From: Acanthaster planci
Lineage: Eukaryota
NCBI RefSeq assembly: GCF_001949145.1
Contig: NW_019091361.1
Coordinates: forward strand, 744,001 to 808,000
Direction: 5' to 3'
Length of the DNA stretch: 64,000 bases
The position numbers and the translations under genes are program-made. Of this stretch, positions 34,901-49,697 are shown one piece after another (the stretch's first letter is position 1; every line of letters begins with the position of its first letter). The notes under the pieces were generated by a model, which made no database searches, was not told the origin of the DNA, and saw only the letters and a program-made list of their open reading frames with translations.

Positions 34901-37339
34901 TGAAATGGGTGACTTCAAAAGACTATTAAATGTGGTTCAAGATACTGTAATTGCTTTGCAGGAAACCCGGTAGGATACACGTAGCAAGATACATGTACAT
35001 GTACGTATCTCTCTATTTTGTGAGAATGTGTGGCTCTTAAATGAGCCAGTTTACTCAATGAACAACATATACATGTACATGTACATGTACCGGTATTTGC
35101 AAACGAGAGAGAGACAGTATCTTGTACATGTATGTACATGCTGTAACCAGAAATCACTTACCCACCATGCAAACTTCCATACGAATGTACCATACATGTA
35201 TACCGTACATGTACCTACATGTACATGTGTGTTTCCAACATGCATTAATAGGTTCATGGTGCAGTCCAGAAATTCAAGCTTGGAACACTGTAAAATAAGC
35301 AGTGTTCAGAGTTCAACAACATGCATGCATGTACCAACATCCAAGGTGTTTCTAAAACAAAAAAAATTATTGTCTGGTCTCTATTTCTTTTCAATTTTGT
35401 TCAAGGGTTAACCAATTACATTTTTAACTATTCACAATCTCCTTTTTCAAAAGAAACTGTGGGGGCACTGTTCATGCTAATGAGCAGGGCAGAAATTTTC
35501 ACTTGAATTAGTGGATTGCACCCTTCAGACAAGACACACAGATCTTTGTCATTTGATTGGTGGAACTCACATCATGTGACACCCATCATCACTGTCATTC
35601 ATGCTGGGGCTTCCAAAAGTCCCATTCCCCCATGCTGAAATCAGATTTACTGTTCATCAGTAAAGATCATCCTCGTTCCATACATCATACGCATGCACGC
35701 TGATGACTTATCCCAGGTACACCATGGGCATATGGATGCCTTTTACGTTTGCAGAGGACTTTAATTTGAAGGAGTGACCAAAAAAAACCCATGAGCACTG
35801 TAACATGTTCATGTTCACAAAATGTTATTGATTCCATGATTTGACTCACGGAATACTGAAAACTTTACATTTGGCATGTTCTTCATAAACTGGACCAAAA
35901 TGCAACTCCGCATGTCATTTTCCAAAACTTCTAAAAAAGTGACTTTGATCATGTAAAATACAAATTAGCACCTTCAGATTTATAAAAATGATTATTTGGA
36001 GATAATTAGGCATATTGTGTACATTTGTTGGGCATTTGGTTAGCTACCAGTGCAAATCAAATTGAGTTTAATTCATTTAAAGTTTTACATCAAAGTATTT
36101 GCACCAGAGCACTTGATTTCAAAACCTCTCTCAACAACAAGGAAAATTCAATATATTTTTCAAGTGATGTATTTTAAAGCACCTAAGAAATAACTTAAAA
36201 ATATATGAGCCATGAAAAAAAGAGCACACAACTGACAGAAAATGATGAGAAAAGTTTCGCTCTCTTCATTCTCTTACCATTCATAATCACTCTCATTACA
36301 CCAGAATATCTGCCAGGTCTTATACCTTTCAACCACCAAAAACAATCTTTAAGTTTGCTGCATCAAAAATGTATAATGTGTACAATATGTTCATTGCAAA
36401 CGTCATATTTGATGAAATTTTGATGATGCTCGAGAGTTGTGACAAAAAAATACAAGAAGTTTGAGAATGCCGAAAATGCTGTCAAATGTAGTGCTTGAAA
36501 ATTCCATGCGTGATGTTCATTTTGCCACTTATTTTGGAGATATCCCGGCTGAAAATTACATTAAAATTAACAACTCTGCGCATTAGATTTTCATCATGAC
36601 ATCATTTTTTTGCGAACGTCATTCAGTATGACAGATTTTCTTTCGAGAAACCTAGGCACGAAGAGAAAAATCGTGGAGCGTCGCCATTCCGTGGAGGGGC
36701 TCATGAATATCGAATGAAAAAGAAGGCACACTATCTGGGCTGAGGTCAAACAGCCCACTACATGTATGTAGCAAAACATTTCTGTAACGTCACCTCAAGA
36801 TAATGACAGCAGCCACAAAATTGCCACAACCAGTATTTTGGACCGTGGTTTTCGGTAACGTTCTTGAAGAAAATGTGATCGGTCCAGTCGTAAAAGGATG
36901 ATGATGACTGCACTTTTTTAAAGCTGGTGTTGTTGTTCATCAATTTTAATTTTACTCGATGCTTTTTGGGGGTTAGGATTTCAAGAGGTTGTTCACATCC
37001 ATCAAAAATGCTGACATTTGAGACTTTAATTAATTAACTCCAATTAAGTTGAAAGATGGACATGGTCATCATTGTTCCAGATATCAGCCATGACTTCCCT
37101 CATTTCATCAGACATTGGGAATTAATTCACTGCTGTTCACTTCAGGAAAAATGAACCCCCAAAGTGGAACATTATCTAATGGTCCAGATTTTGAGGATCC
37201 TGCTATTTATTCAAAACTGAAGTTAAATGAATTTGTTCTGAGTCTTTATTAGTGTGATTTGACATCATAAATTTCTTTTTTTTTTAACCAAATGAAAGGG
37301 CTCAGTATGTCAGTTATATAAAAAATACTGAATGGATGT

Positions 37340-37480
37340 AACTTGGGAAATGCAGGAATATTATCCCTTGGTACAATCTGCACTTTCCTATTTCACTCGG
37401 CTTTTGTTGTGAAATGAAAAGGTCCAGATTTCCACAAACCTTGAGATAATGTTCCTCCCATTCTACTCGGAGCCACTGAA
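37340..37480. mobile_element. Small palindromic MITE remnant
   Basis: Nested inverted pairs AGGAATATTATC/GATAATGTTCCT, AATCTGCACTTT/AAAGGTCCAGATT and TTTCAC/GTGAAA. Confidence 0.5.
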
Positions 37481-38224
37481 TACCACATCTCCACTAATAT
37501 ATTGTCAGCCTTTAAGCAAATGGTCAGAACCAATTACACATGTATATGAAAGCATATTTTGAGGAATCCCATTGAGGAATCAAAGGATAAATGTATGTAT
37601 CAAACATGTTCATGTATAGCGCAAACTGGAAAAAATGTTCGTACAGGTCTGTTTTCAGATCTTCAGCATGGTTATCCTCAAAGCAACCTTCATCACAGGT
37701 ACATGTACTTTTAGAACAGCCAAAAGTCTAACCTAAAAACATCTAAGGACACACACAAGTGGCAAGTTTTGTGGGAGAATAGAGACAAGTGCAATTCTAA
37801 GGGCCTACCAGCATAGCCTAAAAAAATCAAGTGTGGAAACTTGAGCAAAACTAGCCAGATAGTGGTGAAGTGCTAGAAACCTCAATCTCAGAGGTACGTC
37901 GGGGCAGTAATCTAAGATAGCCTCATCTAGAACACCCAGTTCTACTTGACTTTTCAAGAGGCCTAGGTGGCCCTTCAGAGGTGGAAGGAGAGAAGTCCAG
38001 GAGGGAATTTGTTTGCACACACCAGCTTGACACTCAGGGATATGTTTTGACCATGCAGACCATATGCAAAGGTGTTGAATTGTAACGGGAAGTTGTAAAC
38101 CTAACTTGTAGCATGAGTTTGGGGAAATGGTTTAACTCTGTAAAGTAAAACTGTACAAGTACATGTACCAGTATGTGAGTAAGTTAGCACTTTATTTAAA
38201 AGCATCTTGTAAGTGTGTAGTCAA

Positions 38225-38400
38225 ATACATGTAGATGTAGGCCTACCTACATGTACATGTACATGTATATACGTACATGTATACACGTACATGTAGGTAG
38301 GCCTAAATGTATACATGTGCCTGTACATGTACATGTATATATGTACATGTAGGCCTACCTACATTGTACATGCATACATGTACATGTACATGTATGTATC
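38225..38400. repeat. Dense (TACATG)n / TAGGCCTA low-complexity cluster
   Basis: Near-continuous TACATG units with interspersed TAGGCCTA, including an inverted pair TAGGCCTACCTACATGTAC / GTACATGTAGGTAGGCCTA. Confidence 0.85.
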
Positions 38401-41400
38401 GGTGCCATTTAAACAACATGTGATCAGAAGCACAAGTTAGCTTTGTACATATACAACATCCATGCTGTAAAAGAACACCTTCCAAAAACATTGTAATGAA
38501 AGATACGCTTGGAATGATTGTAACATATTTATTATTCTTTGTGGTTGGTATGTGACAAATGTGTTGGCTGAGGAGCAAACCAGCTCGAAAGCATCTGCAG
38601 TACTACTAAGTTAATTTTCAAGTGGGCATGTATGAATATTGTAAAATAACTATATGTTGAGACCCTAAGAAAATGTGCAGGCTGGAGTTCGTCAGACTAT
38701 ATGAACACTGAGGTGACCTTCATCTTTCAATTTAATTTGTAAACTGAGAAAAATCAACACTAGTGATACATGTACATGTACTTAGTACAAAGTCTACGCG
38801 TATTTTACAACATGCACTATCAAGTCTTTAAACACAACACATTTCAGAGCCAGGTACTCACACATGGTCATGGTCATGGTCATGGACCAGTCCATTGTTG
38901 TTTTTCTCCCACTTTTTCTCAAAAACAAATAGATTTTGTATAACCACACGCTTTTTAATCTTGAAAAAAGGAAGAAATAAACGTGGAACTGTTTTTTCTT
39001 TAATTAATTGAGGACCATGTTTAATGAATTCATCAAGAAAAATGTTGTGGTCTTACGGTTTACTACATGTACATGTACATGTATCTAAAAACTCCTTCAA
39101 AGGGTGCCACTGTGAGCATTTCACATATTAACATGTAAATGCATGTACCTGCACGTATGGATTCAGTGCCACGGGATTGGTGCAAAATGTCTGTGATGGT
39201 GGAATACATGTACATGTACACGTATGTATGCTCTCTGCGGGGAAAGCTGATGACAAGAACAGTATTCTATACAGGAAGTTAGTAGGCTAATGAAAGTTGG
39301 ATGTGGAATTAAAATGAGATAGGGATCATTTATCATGGAAACCCATATTCTCACGTCTTAGCACCCCACCGAGCAAGCACACTGTGATTTTTGTCTCACA
39401 GTAAATAACTCTTTAACTATAACAATCTGAGCTTTCCAGACATACAACTACATGTAGGCCTTCTGGTTGTGTACCAAAGTTTGGTTTAAAAGGGGTGTAA
39501 GTCAGAAGCCACTATTATTACAGCAAGGAAAAGGAAAGCATCAATCAGGGTTCCATTTGATGGGATTTGGCTTCCAATTCAACCAATCAATTTATTATTT
39601 ATTTGGCAATAATCAGCCAGGGCTTCCTTCAAAAGGGTGTCTTTCAAGCCTTGGCAGCAGAAGTGGGAGGGAGGAGGGCCGAGGGGGTCGACACTCTTTT
39701 GACTCGGGGGTAATGAAAAGAAAGCTTAAGAAAAGAGAGAATGCAATTATTGGTTTGTTTTACAGTTTTAAAAGTGGGAGGAAAACCCTGGATAAGTATG
39801 CCAGGGGAAAAACTCACAACGTCATCAATTTAACCCGATCCACAAGTACTACAGGTGGTACTTGAACCCAGGTACCCAGTAGCAGAATTGAAAGGCAAGG
39901 AAAGTAACACTGTGCCAACCTGACTCAAGAAACTACTCAGAAGCAACCTGACCACAAGAACTACATGAAACTGTACACTATTAACAAGCCTGGTTTGGGT
40001 AAAGTTGTAGTCGTACATTTCCATAAATTTACAAATGTAGACAGAATGGTACTGAAAAGGATTCCTTGGAGGCTTTGCTTTCCTCTCTTCCATCTATCAG
40101 CACTCCGCATCTTGCGATAAGGTATCACAACCTACCTAACATACATGTATGAATCACTCCCCCAACGTAAGAGCCCAAGACCCCTAGAGGATTGGAATTT
40201 ATGATAGCTGGGCACACGTAGCCTAGAGGGATGGCAACATAATGCTGGTTGTTCACCTTGAACATGAAACCTGCCACTTGATGTGTTTTAAAGGGGGAGG
40301 GGTTCATGCTAGATGGCTCTGAATACTCTAAGACACTGGTTCATGAGATACTATATCTCATGAAGAAACGTCAAAGAGACCTGCTCCCACCAGTTCTTTT
40401 TAGAACCACACCTCTTCACAAAAGAGATATTTCCCACATGCCCGCAAACCTTTTTTGTTTAACACTCCCACCATGGAAAGCTTCAAATCTTACTTGAGAT
40501 ACTATATGTATATTTGTGTCATATTGCTAGACCCTTTATCTCAAGGGTTTTATTATGTTTCCTAGTTCTGTGAAACCGTAAACCTGTTTAGACCTCATTT
40601 TAGTCCAAAAGGCTACAACAAATCAAGTAGATCCTTTTAAGTGATTTTAAATACTGGTATCTGAATGATCCATCCCTACGTTTTACATTTATGTCTTATT
40701 TATCATCTTTTTACGCCATCTCTTCAGGGGTTCTAAATATTAAACTACAAATTTCCACTGAAGAGTAAAGTCTGATGCATTATACAGGATCTACAGCATG
40801 AACAAATTGAGAGAAAAAGCAATAAAATTTTTGTATGATGTAGTTTATGTACAACATTATGTGGTGTGCATTACCGTACAGTACTTTCTACATTATTCAC
40901 ACTGGATACAGATTAATGCCATCCTCACAAGCGTCCTGGCTGTGCTGTACATGTACTAGTGTTGGGCGATTCCAGCATTTTTGGAATCAATTCCGATTCT
41001 GTCCAGGAATTGCGATTCCACTCGGAATCAATTCCAATTTTTACGAGATTACATGCACAATGCACTTGTAAGTTGTTTCCTAAACACTCATGTCATTAAA
41101 AATTATCCCCTTTTATTGCATCAGAAACATGAAAGATTTATTATCATTACAGATTTTAAAATTGGAAATTTTAGCTTCATGGAAGCACACCATTTATGGG
41201 AAAAGATTATCACTCTATGTATCCCGCCGGCTTTCAATTTTTCCAGTTTTTATAGAAATGACTATGAGTTCTAAAATGTAGATTTTACAAGAAAGAAACA
41301 TAATGTATGTACAGGTACCTTTATTTCATGCCGCCAAAAATGTACTAAAGAAAGATTTATTTCCTTGAAGTCCAAAAAAAAGGGACCTTATTCCACCGAC

Positions 41401-44165
41401 GATGAACTATGATAGTTTTCTCAATCTTTCAATTGTAAATTCCATCAAAAATTGGGCTGCTCGAGTGCCACACTGCACCACTTGCACCCATCTGTGCAAT
41501 CCCTGGTGAACATGCCTGAAGCTATATTCTTCCTACATGTATGTGTATGCCTGCTACCAACTTCAATATAAGGCTGTTAGTCTTGTTCCAAGGCGGAGAT
41601 GGAAAGTTTTGAGAACTGCTCAATTGACCTTCAATTCACTCAACAGGTTGAGTAGAATTTCTTTCCTTTATGGCAGAAATGGAGGATGAAAAGTAGTCAG
41701 AGATTTGTGTTTGGCAGAGTGAATGATGGTAATTATGGTGCATATCTCACAGACATAAACATGAAGCATCTGCAAAAAAGCGCTTGCTGTCGGCCCACAG
41801 CCACAGGTCCATGCACCAACGAAGAGTGGTTGATGCGTGTAAAAACATGCATGAACACCGATCTCCACCCAGGCCGATGTCACTGCCGATCTCGCCAGCT
41901 TCTCTTTCTTATGAATGGTTTAAGTTTAGTTGGCAAACCCTGGAAATTTTTGACTTTAAATAACTTTGGATCGCTGATTTTATGTCAAAGATTGTGGGAT
42001 TTCCGGAATTTTCCAAAAGCTGGCATCATGGGAATTTTCAAATGCTTCAACGATTACTTGCATTTTGAGTTTTTTATTAATGTCGGGCTATGGGCTGCAT
42101 TGTTTAGGTTTTTTCCAGTTCTGAGCATATTTTTGTAATATGTGACAAAGCCGGCCTACTTTTTCCATCACAGTTTGATTCGATCTTGAAGAATGAAAGG
42201 AGACGTTGATCTAGCGGAAGATGTTATTTGGAAGAAATAAACATTCCAAGGAATGAGTTTCTAATTGGTGTCATCCTTCAGATGTTACAATTGAGTTTCC
42301 AACAAGAAATAAAGGGTAATCAATGAAACGAAATTTCATTGCAAAGAATCTGGCGTATGGGAAAAACTCTGGTGTAGTTTTATCTCTCACAATGTAGCAC
42401 CCAAATGCTCAGCATGTTTAGGGGTTACAATTGGCATGCAGCCAACAGTGGTCCATCGGCACGCTGCAGACAAATTGGTCGGAGTACTGCACGGTGCCAC
42501 TGCGATTCTGCAAAGCATGTACATGTAGGCCACGTGACGTCTCATCACAGACTTCAGTTTTTGGCAACGAAAATAACGCAGCTCAGTTTAGGTTCCTTGA
42601 TGTGGCATAAAAACCACACATTTCTTCAAAAATCGACCGATCATTTTAGACGGCAGTCTTTCAGAATTGCTGGACTATTCCTGGAATTGGATCTCAAGGT
42701 CACATCTCACCTTCATGTACATGCTCATGTACTAGTTGGTGCCACCCACTCACCCGCATTCACCTAAATCCAGGGAAGAATATTCTGAGTTGTTTAATAC
42801 GAGTACCATTGAAAAACAGACATGTACATGTAAATGTACATCAAAGACCGCTTAGGCTCCAGACACCTTTATCTTACTGATGTAAACAAACAGGTGACAT
42901 ACATGTCACTTACAAATGTTGCTGTACTACCATTGTCAGTAGTACTTCACATAAATTTATACATGTACTCGTACGGCAACAAACCTGACTTAACTTTTTT
43001 GCTTGGAAATGTGATTCCTCTGGCAATTTTCCCTATGGGAAACATGCATCGTCAATGCCTAGAGTACTAAAATGTTGTCTTGCCTGAGCAAACAATATAA
43101 TTTTCTTTATTTCCTCTTAGAGTGGCTTGGAAACAATATAATTTTCTTCATTTCATCTCAGAGTGACTTGGAAACAAATTTCTTGAAACTACGTAAACGT
43201 GAGGTTACTGACGTAAGCTGGGTTCTCACTTTTCATGCTCACACACAGTAACATGAATATGAACTGTCCTTATCTCTTGTAAGACTTCTTATCTTCTGGA
43301 CAATGGAACAAACCACAGGATATTACGTCATTTAAGTGCTGTATTCTGACAGTAACATAAAGAATTCGTCATGCCAAGCAGATGTAAATTAATTGACAAG
43401 GAATTTAAACAGGTTCCAAGCATTATATTCTCAGTGTTGCCCATGCCTGAGTGGTGAAGAAGTAACCCTTAAAGAGCAGGGGGGGTTCCCCCTCCTCGAC
43501 ATTTTTCTGATATTGAAGAAGTGCATTTTTTTTAGGAGCTGAGCCTTTAGGAGTTTTTCTGAAGAGTAACTCTTTGCAGTCATTTTGACACCATTTTGCA
43601 AAAATTAAACAAATCCTTCTTGCAAAGGGTGCATTTTTCTGAGACAGGTCAGCCAAAAATATATACTTTTCCACAGTGATGCTCAATGCACACAGGTTGG
43701 CATGTATTTAATGTACGTTGTACCTGTAGCCTTGAAGTTCAAATGACCGCAACAACAAAACCATGTCTGATTGACATCAAATTTTACATTTATATTGATC
43801 CTGAGTGTCTTTACATGCATGGCAAGTTTAAAAAACTGAGCATGGCACAGTTGAGTTGGGGGGGGGTATGCCCACACCTGGCTGTGAGATGGGCTAAAAT
43901 AACCCAGCTCTTTGAGGGTTTTTAATGGGATTGCCTGAGAAAGATTTGAACTAACCACATCCTCTTCCTTGCTCATATACCCGTACAAACATCTCAGCCA
44001 GCTGAAATTTCATTTCTAGAAAAAAATCTATTGAGCATAGTGTGGACTATGGTGAGTGTTTGTCTATTTCAATATCCATGATCCTTATTAGCCATTAGAT
44101 ACCATCATTACATACTCACTGAATTACATTCATTCCGGTCCTTACCAGCACATCACTTAGATTTT

Positions 44166-44620
44166 ACAGATATCGGTATGTGGCATCCATCTCTAAAAAT
44201 AACATCAGCCAAAGACATCTGCACGGAAACCAAAGATCGTATATCGCCGAAGGCGCAAGATGGATAACTCTGCCCAAAAGATGTAGTTACCACGGGCGCC
44301 ATTTGAGCAAGCGATACGCCTGCAAGGTTAACGGTCATGCACAGGCGCAGGCTCACCAGGGGCACGTGCCTGCCGCGGCGCCAGCGCCTTTGCATAAATG
44401 TGCATTGCGCAGGCGTATCACTTGCTCAAATGGCGCCCATGCGATTACGTTTTACGTGTATTCACGGTGAAGTTCGCCATCTTGCGCCGCTTCATAGGAA
44501 TAACACGGGTTCAAGATAAATATTCATTTGCATACAAACTGTGCTCAACGATACAATGTACCAGGTACCATACTACTTCATCCGCGCACCGGTATACAGT
44601 ACACACATATCGGTATCTGT
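44166..44620. mobile_element. GC/CpG-rich nested inverted-repeat (foldback) element
   Basis: 30-bp arms 44294-44323 and 44409-44438 (1 mismatch); outer pairs GGCGCAAGATGG 44252 / CCATCTTGCGCC 44477 and 44166-44182 / 44604-44620. Confidence 0.65.
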
Positions 44621-47600
44621 ACTTCACCGGTCAAGCCAAATGACATACTGCAAGCTTGCATAGTGAAGTGCGAACTTGATTCACATACTGCACAACCATT
44701 GGTACAACCATGGGGGCTAAAAACAAAGAAACTTCTAAAACAGGGTGTGCCGTGTATGCGCCATACATGTAGAACCCTTGGGAGTACAAAGCTACATGTT
44801 GTACAATGTTTACAAGTGCAGTAACATGACCTGGATGCAACCCATTTACTGTACATGTATTGTACGCTTATAATGTCTTATATCAAATATCCTCTGACTG
44901 CATACATGTACATGAACATGTGATGCAAACATTATCCATGAACTTTTGCTGTAACAGTCACAGGCAGTCCAAAATTCCTTCCACTTGATATGCCACAGTA
45001 CACAGACACATACACCCCCATGGACAGTACTATACATGTAGGGGTCATTACAGGACTGTTTTTGACTCTTATAGGACAACTTTGTCAAGAATGCATCTTT
45101 GCATTCATGTTTATACTTTATACATGAATTCACAACTGCTTCAAACTTGTGCTACACTTCATTTGCAAATTTATCATGAATAAAACTCCCCTAGTTTATG
45201 ACTCTTGCTGAGTGCTTTATCTGACCACTGCATGTTCAATACAATTGAAAGACCTTGCGTTTTGTAAAGAAAGAACACACATTTACATCAGGTACATGTG
45301 AATGTAAGTGTGCATCCGTTTACAAGGCATGTTACAGCAAGGCTCTAATCTAAAGTAACAATACGCATGCTGGAGGAGGTGAAAGATCAAAAAAAATCTG
45401 CAAAAAGATCAAAGGGATTGCAACAAACAGTTTTCAGGGCTTCCAACAAAAAAACAGAGAAGTGTTAACAGCTCACAATTTCTCTCAAGATTCGCTATTG
45501 TTATCATTTTGATAGTCTTGCACTTCTTTGTTTTTTAATCCAAAGTGCTTAACATGTATAAAACATGACTCATTTACTAAAACTCATAGAAAAACAGTCC
45601 TAATGTCCAGGAAAAATCCCCCATCAATGCGTTACCAGTACACACTATGTACATTGTAACCATGCAAGCACCTGTTCTCAGTTAGCTAATGTGGCATACC
45701 GTATTTCAAGTTTTTGCCAAGACTCCATAAATGTTTAGGGAAAAAAATGGGATGGATCTGATACAAATGTACAGGTCTCTATTAGTTTGCATCATGCTAT
45801 AAATGTACAGTACCTAGTCACAGAGGATATGAACATTGCACATGTACATGTAGCTATGGTTTGTTACTTTGGAAGCAAAGGTCTTTCTTACGTTGTAAGC
45901 AGTTTGCAATCTAGCGCAGCTAAACAATGTTATCCAAATAACACATTGTCGCACAAGTCATTTCCAGATAACTGCAAAACAATTTATCATGTAATATACA
46001 CAAAACAATTGATAAACATGATAAATGGCATCTTTGATCAGTATTGCTTAAAATATTTAGAGATCAATAAAGTTGAAAGTCAGTGTAATCCTTCCTGGGT
46101 TCAGAAATGTACAGTTGTCTCTAAAATGGATTCTGCAAGGATGGTACTGTTGGTACAGGAGTACAACTGATCCATCTCAACTTAAACAATCACAGGTTAT
46201 TTGGCAATGTTTCCCTTTTTGAACCTCAAACAAGCTTTATAGGCCTCAGTTTCAACAATGCAGATTTATGAACAAAGCAATTCTTACTGTTTACTGCCAA
46301 CCGCTGAGCAGTTTTCACGACAAACTACATGTATTTCAATTGACAGAGGTTTAAATGATATGGTTTAACGATACAGGTACATGCTAAAATCATGTTAATG
46401 CTGACAAGTAAGCTACCAGTAAATTACAGGTGTGCGAGACTGCAGACCCTGGCCATCAGTGCTTTACCTGATGTGACAGGACAGAGTGTATGTTGTTGGT
46501 TTATTGCATTGTTTCTGAATTTGCAAGGTTCAGGAAACTTCTCAGCCAAAATAAAATGTTGAGAGTCTGGGTTAACTTTGATGGAAGTAATATGACCTAA
46601 ATGTACCAGTACTTGTAGAACTGTGTCTCCATGTACATGTCCTGGTAAGTCATAACCTTCAGTGTCTAGTCTTGGTCTGGATCCTGATGTCTTTTTGGAA
46701 TGGATTTTAACTGTTTTATTATGAGCATACATAAGTTTGCACAAGTTGGCCTTTGATAAAAGAAAAAAAATCTGTGTCTTTACAAAACCAAAAATTAGCA
46801 GGTACATGTACACATTATTGTACATGTACATGTAGCAGTACGGTATGTACATGTACAAGGTACCTGTAGCTATTGGCCTTCTGATGTGTTTTTAAAATAA
46901 ACCTATTATGCCGGAAGTGAAGAGATTGAAACCAGAACTTCTAAGTTCATGTTACCGGTACCACACACACCCACACATGTGCATGTACTTACATGTACAT
47001 GTACATGTACATGTAGTACATGTACCAGTAAGTTATACAATGCACATGTTGGTCATAACTGAGAGGTAACATACCGGTACCGACTTAAAAAAGTTGAGTT
47101 GATGATCACAAAGTTTCTTCTTCATGGGACACACATGTATGATGTAGCATCTGAATCCTCTTGAAAGGAATGAACTATTGTCTATATATAACGTGTGAAA
47201 GGGTTACAGTTCAAGGTTTATAGGCCTGTACTGTATGTTATGTGACTTTCCTCTGTGACTCCAAACACAGCATATATGTACATGAACATATACGCACGTA
47301 CTGTACATGTGCATGTATAAGCAGGACGATGGAGCAAAGGTTAACATGAACTCATTACTACTTTAAACGTGTGTATTTTCAAAAGTACCGGTACCATACC
47401 ACTTAGACAGGTGGGAGGAAACAGTTAAGATTAGCAAACCTTACAGTGGAAGTTGTGAATTTCATCCAATGAAAAGCACATTTAATGTCCATGCACGTGT
47501 ACTCAATGCACAAGCCACTTGACTTGAACATGTACAGTGTACATACATGTAGCCTTCCTGAAAAATACAGATTCAGAGTACAGGTGAAACTTTTAAAAAC

Positions 47601-47737
47601 TTTTAAAAATAAAGAAATTGTAAAAAAAAAAATAAATTACACATACAAGAATTACATGTTATCAATTTTTTTAAAAGTTAAAATGTACTGGTGTTTCTTT
47701 GACACCTGAATTGCTGACTGTTGGGAATTTTGCATGG

Positions 47738-48191
47738 CACCCAAGGCAAAACACAGGGTGCTATGCATAGGGACAGGGCTAAAACACCCCAGGCAACACA
47801 GGGTGCTTTGCACAGGGACAGGGCTAAAACACCCCAGGCAACACAGGGTGCTATGCATAGGGACAGGGCTAAAACACCCCAGGCAACACACGGTGCTATG
47901 AATAGGGACGGGGCTAACACACCCCAGGCAACACAGGGTGCTATGAATAGGGACAGCGCTAAAACATCCCAGGCAAAACACAGGGTGCTATGCATAGAAA
48001 CTGGGCTAAAACACCCCAGGCAACACAGGGTGCTATGCATAGGGACAGGGCTAAAACACCCCAGACAACACAGGGTGCTATGCTCAGGGACAGGGCTAAA
48101 ACACCCCAGGCAACACAGGGTGCTATGCACAGGGACAGGGCTAAAACACCCCAGGCAACACAGGGTGCTATGCATAGGGACAGGGCTAAAA
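47738..48191. repeat. Minisatellite, 45-bp unit, ~10 copies
   Basis: Unit AGGGTGCTATGCATAGGGACAGGGCTAAAACACCCCAGGCAACAC; it explains the repetitive 15-aa ORFs on both strands. Confidence 0.96.
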
Positions 48192-49577
48192 CTACTGTGG
48201 AATTATCACATTATGGCTAAACATTACGGGTAAATGTATATGTACATGTACGTACTGTATATGTCAAAGGCAGTGAAATCTCCTCCACAACAAATTCCTA
48301 GATATGAAATGACAGCTCATAGAGACACAAATCAACATAAATTACTACTACTAGGATGAAACTTTATGGCATACATGTATGTACCTGTAAATCTGCAGTA
48401 AAAGAGTGCAGAATACATGTACACGTAATATTACATGTGGTGTACTGCATGAGTCCTGCAGCCGATTTCATGAAACTTTACCCAATGGCGTAACTCCACT
48501 TACGCCACATTTCATTGTGTAAATTGTACAACTTCAGACTGACTTCACAAAAATTACACATTGTGTAAGTCCACGACTTATGCGACAAAATATGGCATGA
48601 CCAGGGTTGTGAGTGGAACATAAAAAATAGCTGAAATTGAGAGTGCAAAGCAAATATATTGTGGGGTCGTAAATTTTGAAATGTAGGCCTAAATGCTCTG
48701 TGGTACATTTTACAGCCTCCTGGTACAACCATTGGTCATTTTTTTCTTTGCAATTTACACTATACATATTTTTTATACGTGTGTGTACATGTACATACCG
48801 TCCTAAATCCACTCTTCAGAATGAGTACGTAGCATAATTGGTAAACTCTTGTAACCCCAACATTGAGATTGGGAACAAATCCTGGCAGTTGGCAAATTAT
48901 CCCCATCCAAAAATTACAACACCAACCTGTACTGTTTGAAATTCAATCTTACCGGTACAGGTACATTTCTACATGTACACATATTTAATTTTTCTTTTCT
49001 GATATACAGGTGTCTCTGAACTACACGTACTTTTTTTATCGAGGGATGAAAACCAAATTGCAATACATGTACATGTGCAAGTAGGCTGGAATTCCATCTT
49101 GTGAATATGAGCTTCTACCATTAATGACATTGTTTACATAAAAAACAGACAAAGATTTCTCATGGTAATACTTCAAAGCTCCCAAGACATTCACTGTGCA
49201 TGTTGAGTTGCCATGCTGGTACTTACTGTAAGTCATTTGAAGTAGATTAGTAATGGATATGGATGGATCCACACGTACATGTAGATGGGACACACAACCA
49301 TGTTCAGAGGTCAAGTTGAATCCAGACCACTGTGCCATTTTGATGTCAAACTTGGCATTAGGGAAAGAATTCCATACAGGTCTATGAAGCCACTAATTTT
49401 TCCCTGCAGTAACCTTTAAGTATCAATCATCTGAAAGCAATAAAATATCCTAAAAAGTCCAATTCATTAGTGAAAATATTGAGGTATTCACAGAGAAAAC
49501 ACAGTAGAGCTTTTCAGACCAGTTTCAGTTATAGGGTTTGTGCACAGGGTGTCAAGTGGCATCCGTATATTGAATTC

Positions 49578-49697
49578 TTTTTGGTCTAACATTTTTCTAC
49601 GACTTGACTGTGCATCACATTTAAGGGGTTCAATCGAGTTTTAAAAAAGAATTTTGATCCACAGTCAAGTCTTAGAAAAATGCTTGTTAGACCAAAA
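49578..49697. repeat. ~40-bp inverted repeat (hairpin) within a dispersed repeat
   Basis: TTTTGGTCTAACATTTTTCTACGACTTGACTGTGCATCA pairs with TGATCCACAGTCAAGTCTTAGAAAAATGCTTGTTAGACCAAAA. Confidence 0.65.

Noticed and set aside
46424..46858. 144-aa minus-strand ORF as a coding exon
   Set aside because: No recognisable domain; begins in TACATG repeats; splice boundaries unconvincing.
47652..48233. Long repetitive ORFs (QGAMHRDRAKTPQAT / HSTLCCLGCFSPVPM)
   Set aside because: Translation of a 45-bp minisatellite, open on both strands and broken by 1-nt indels; no splice context.
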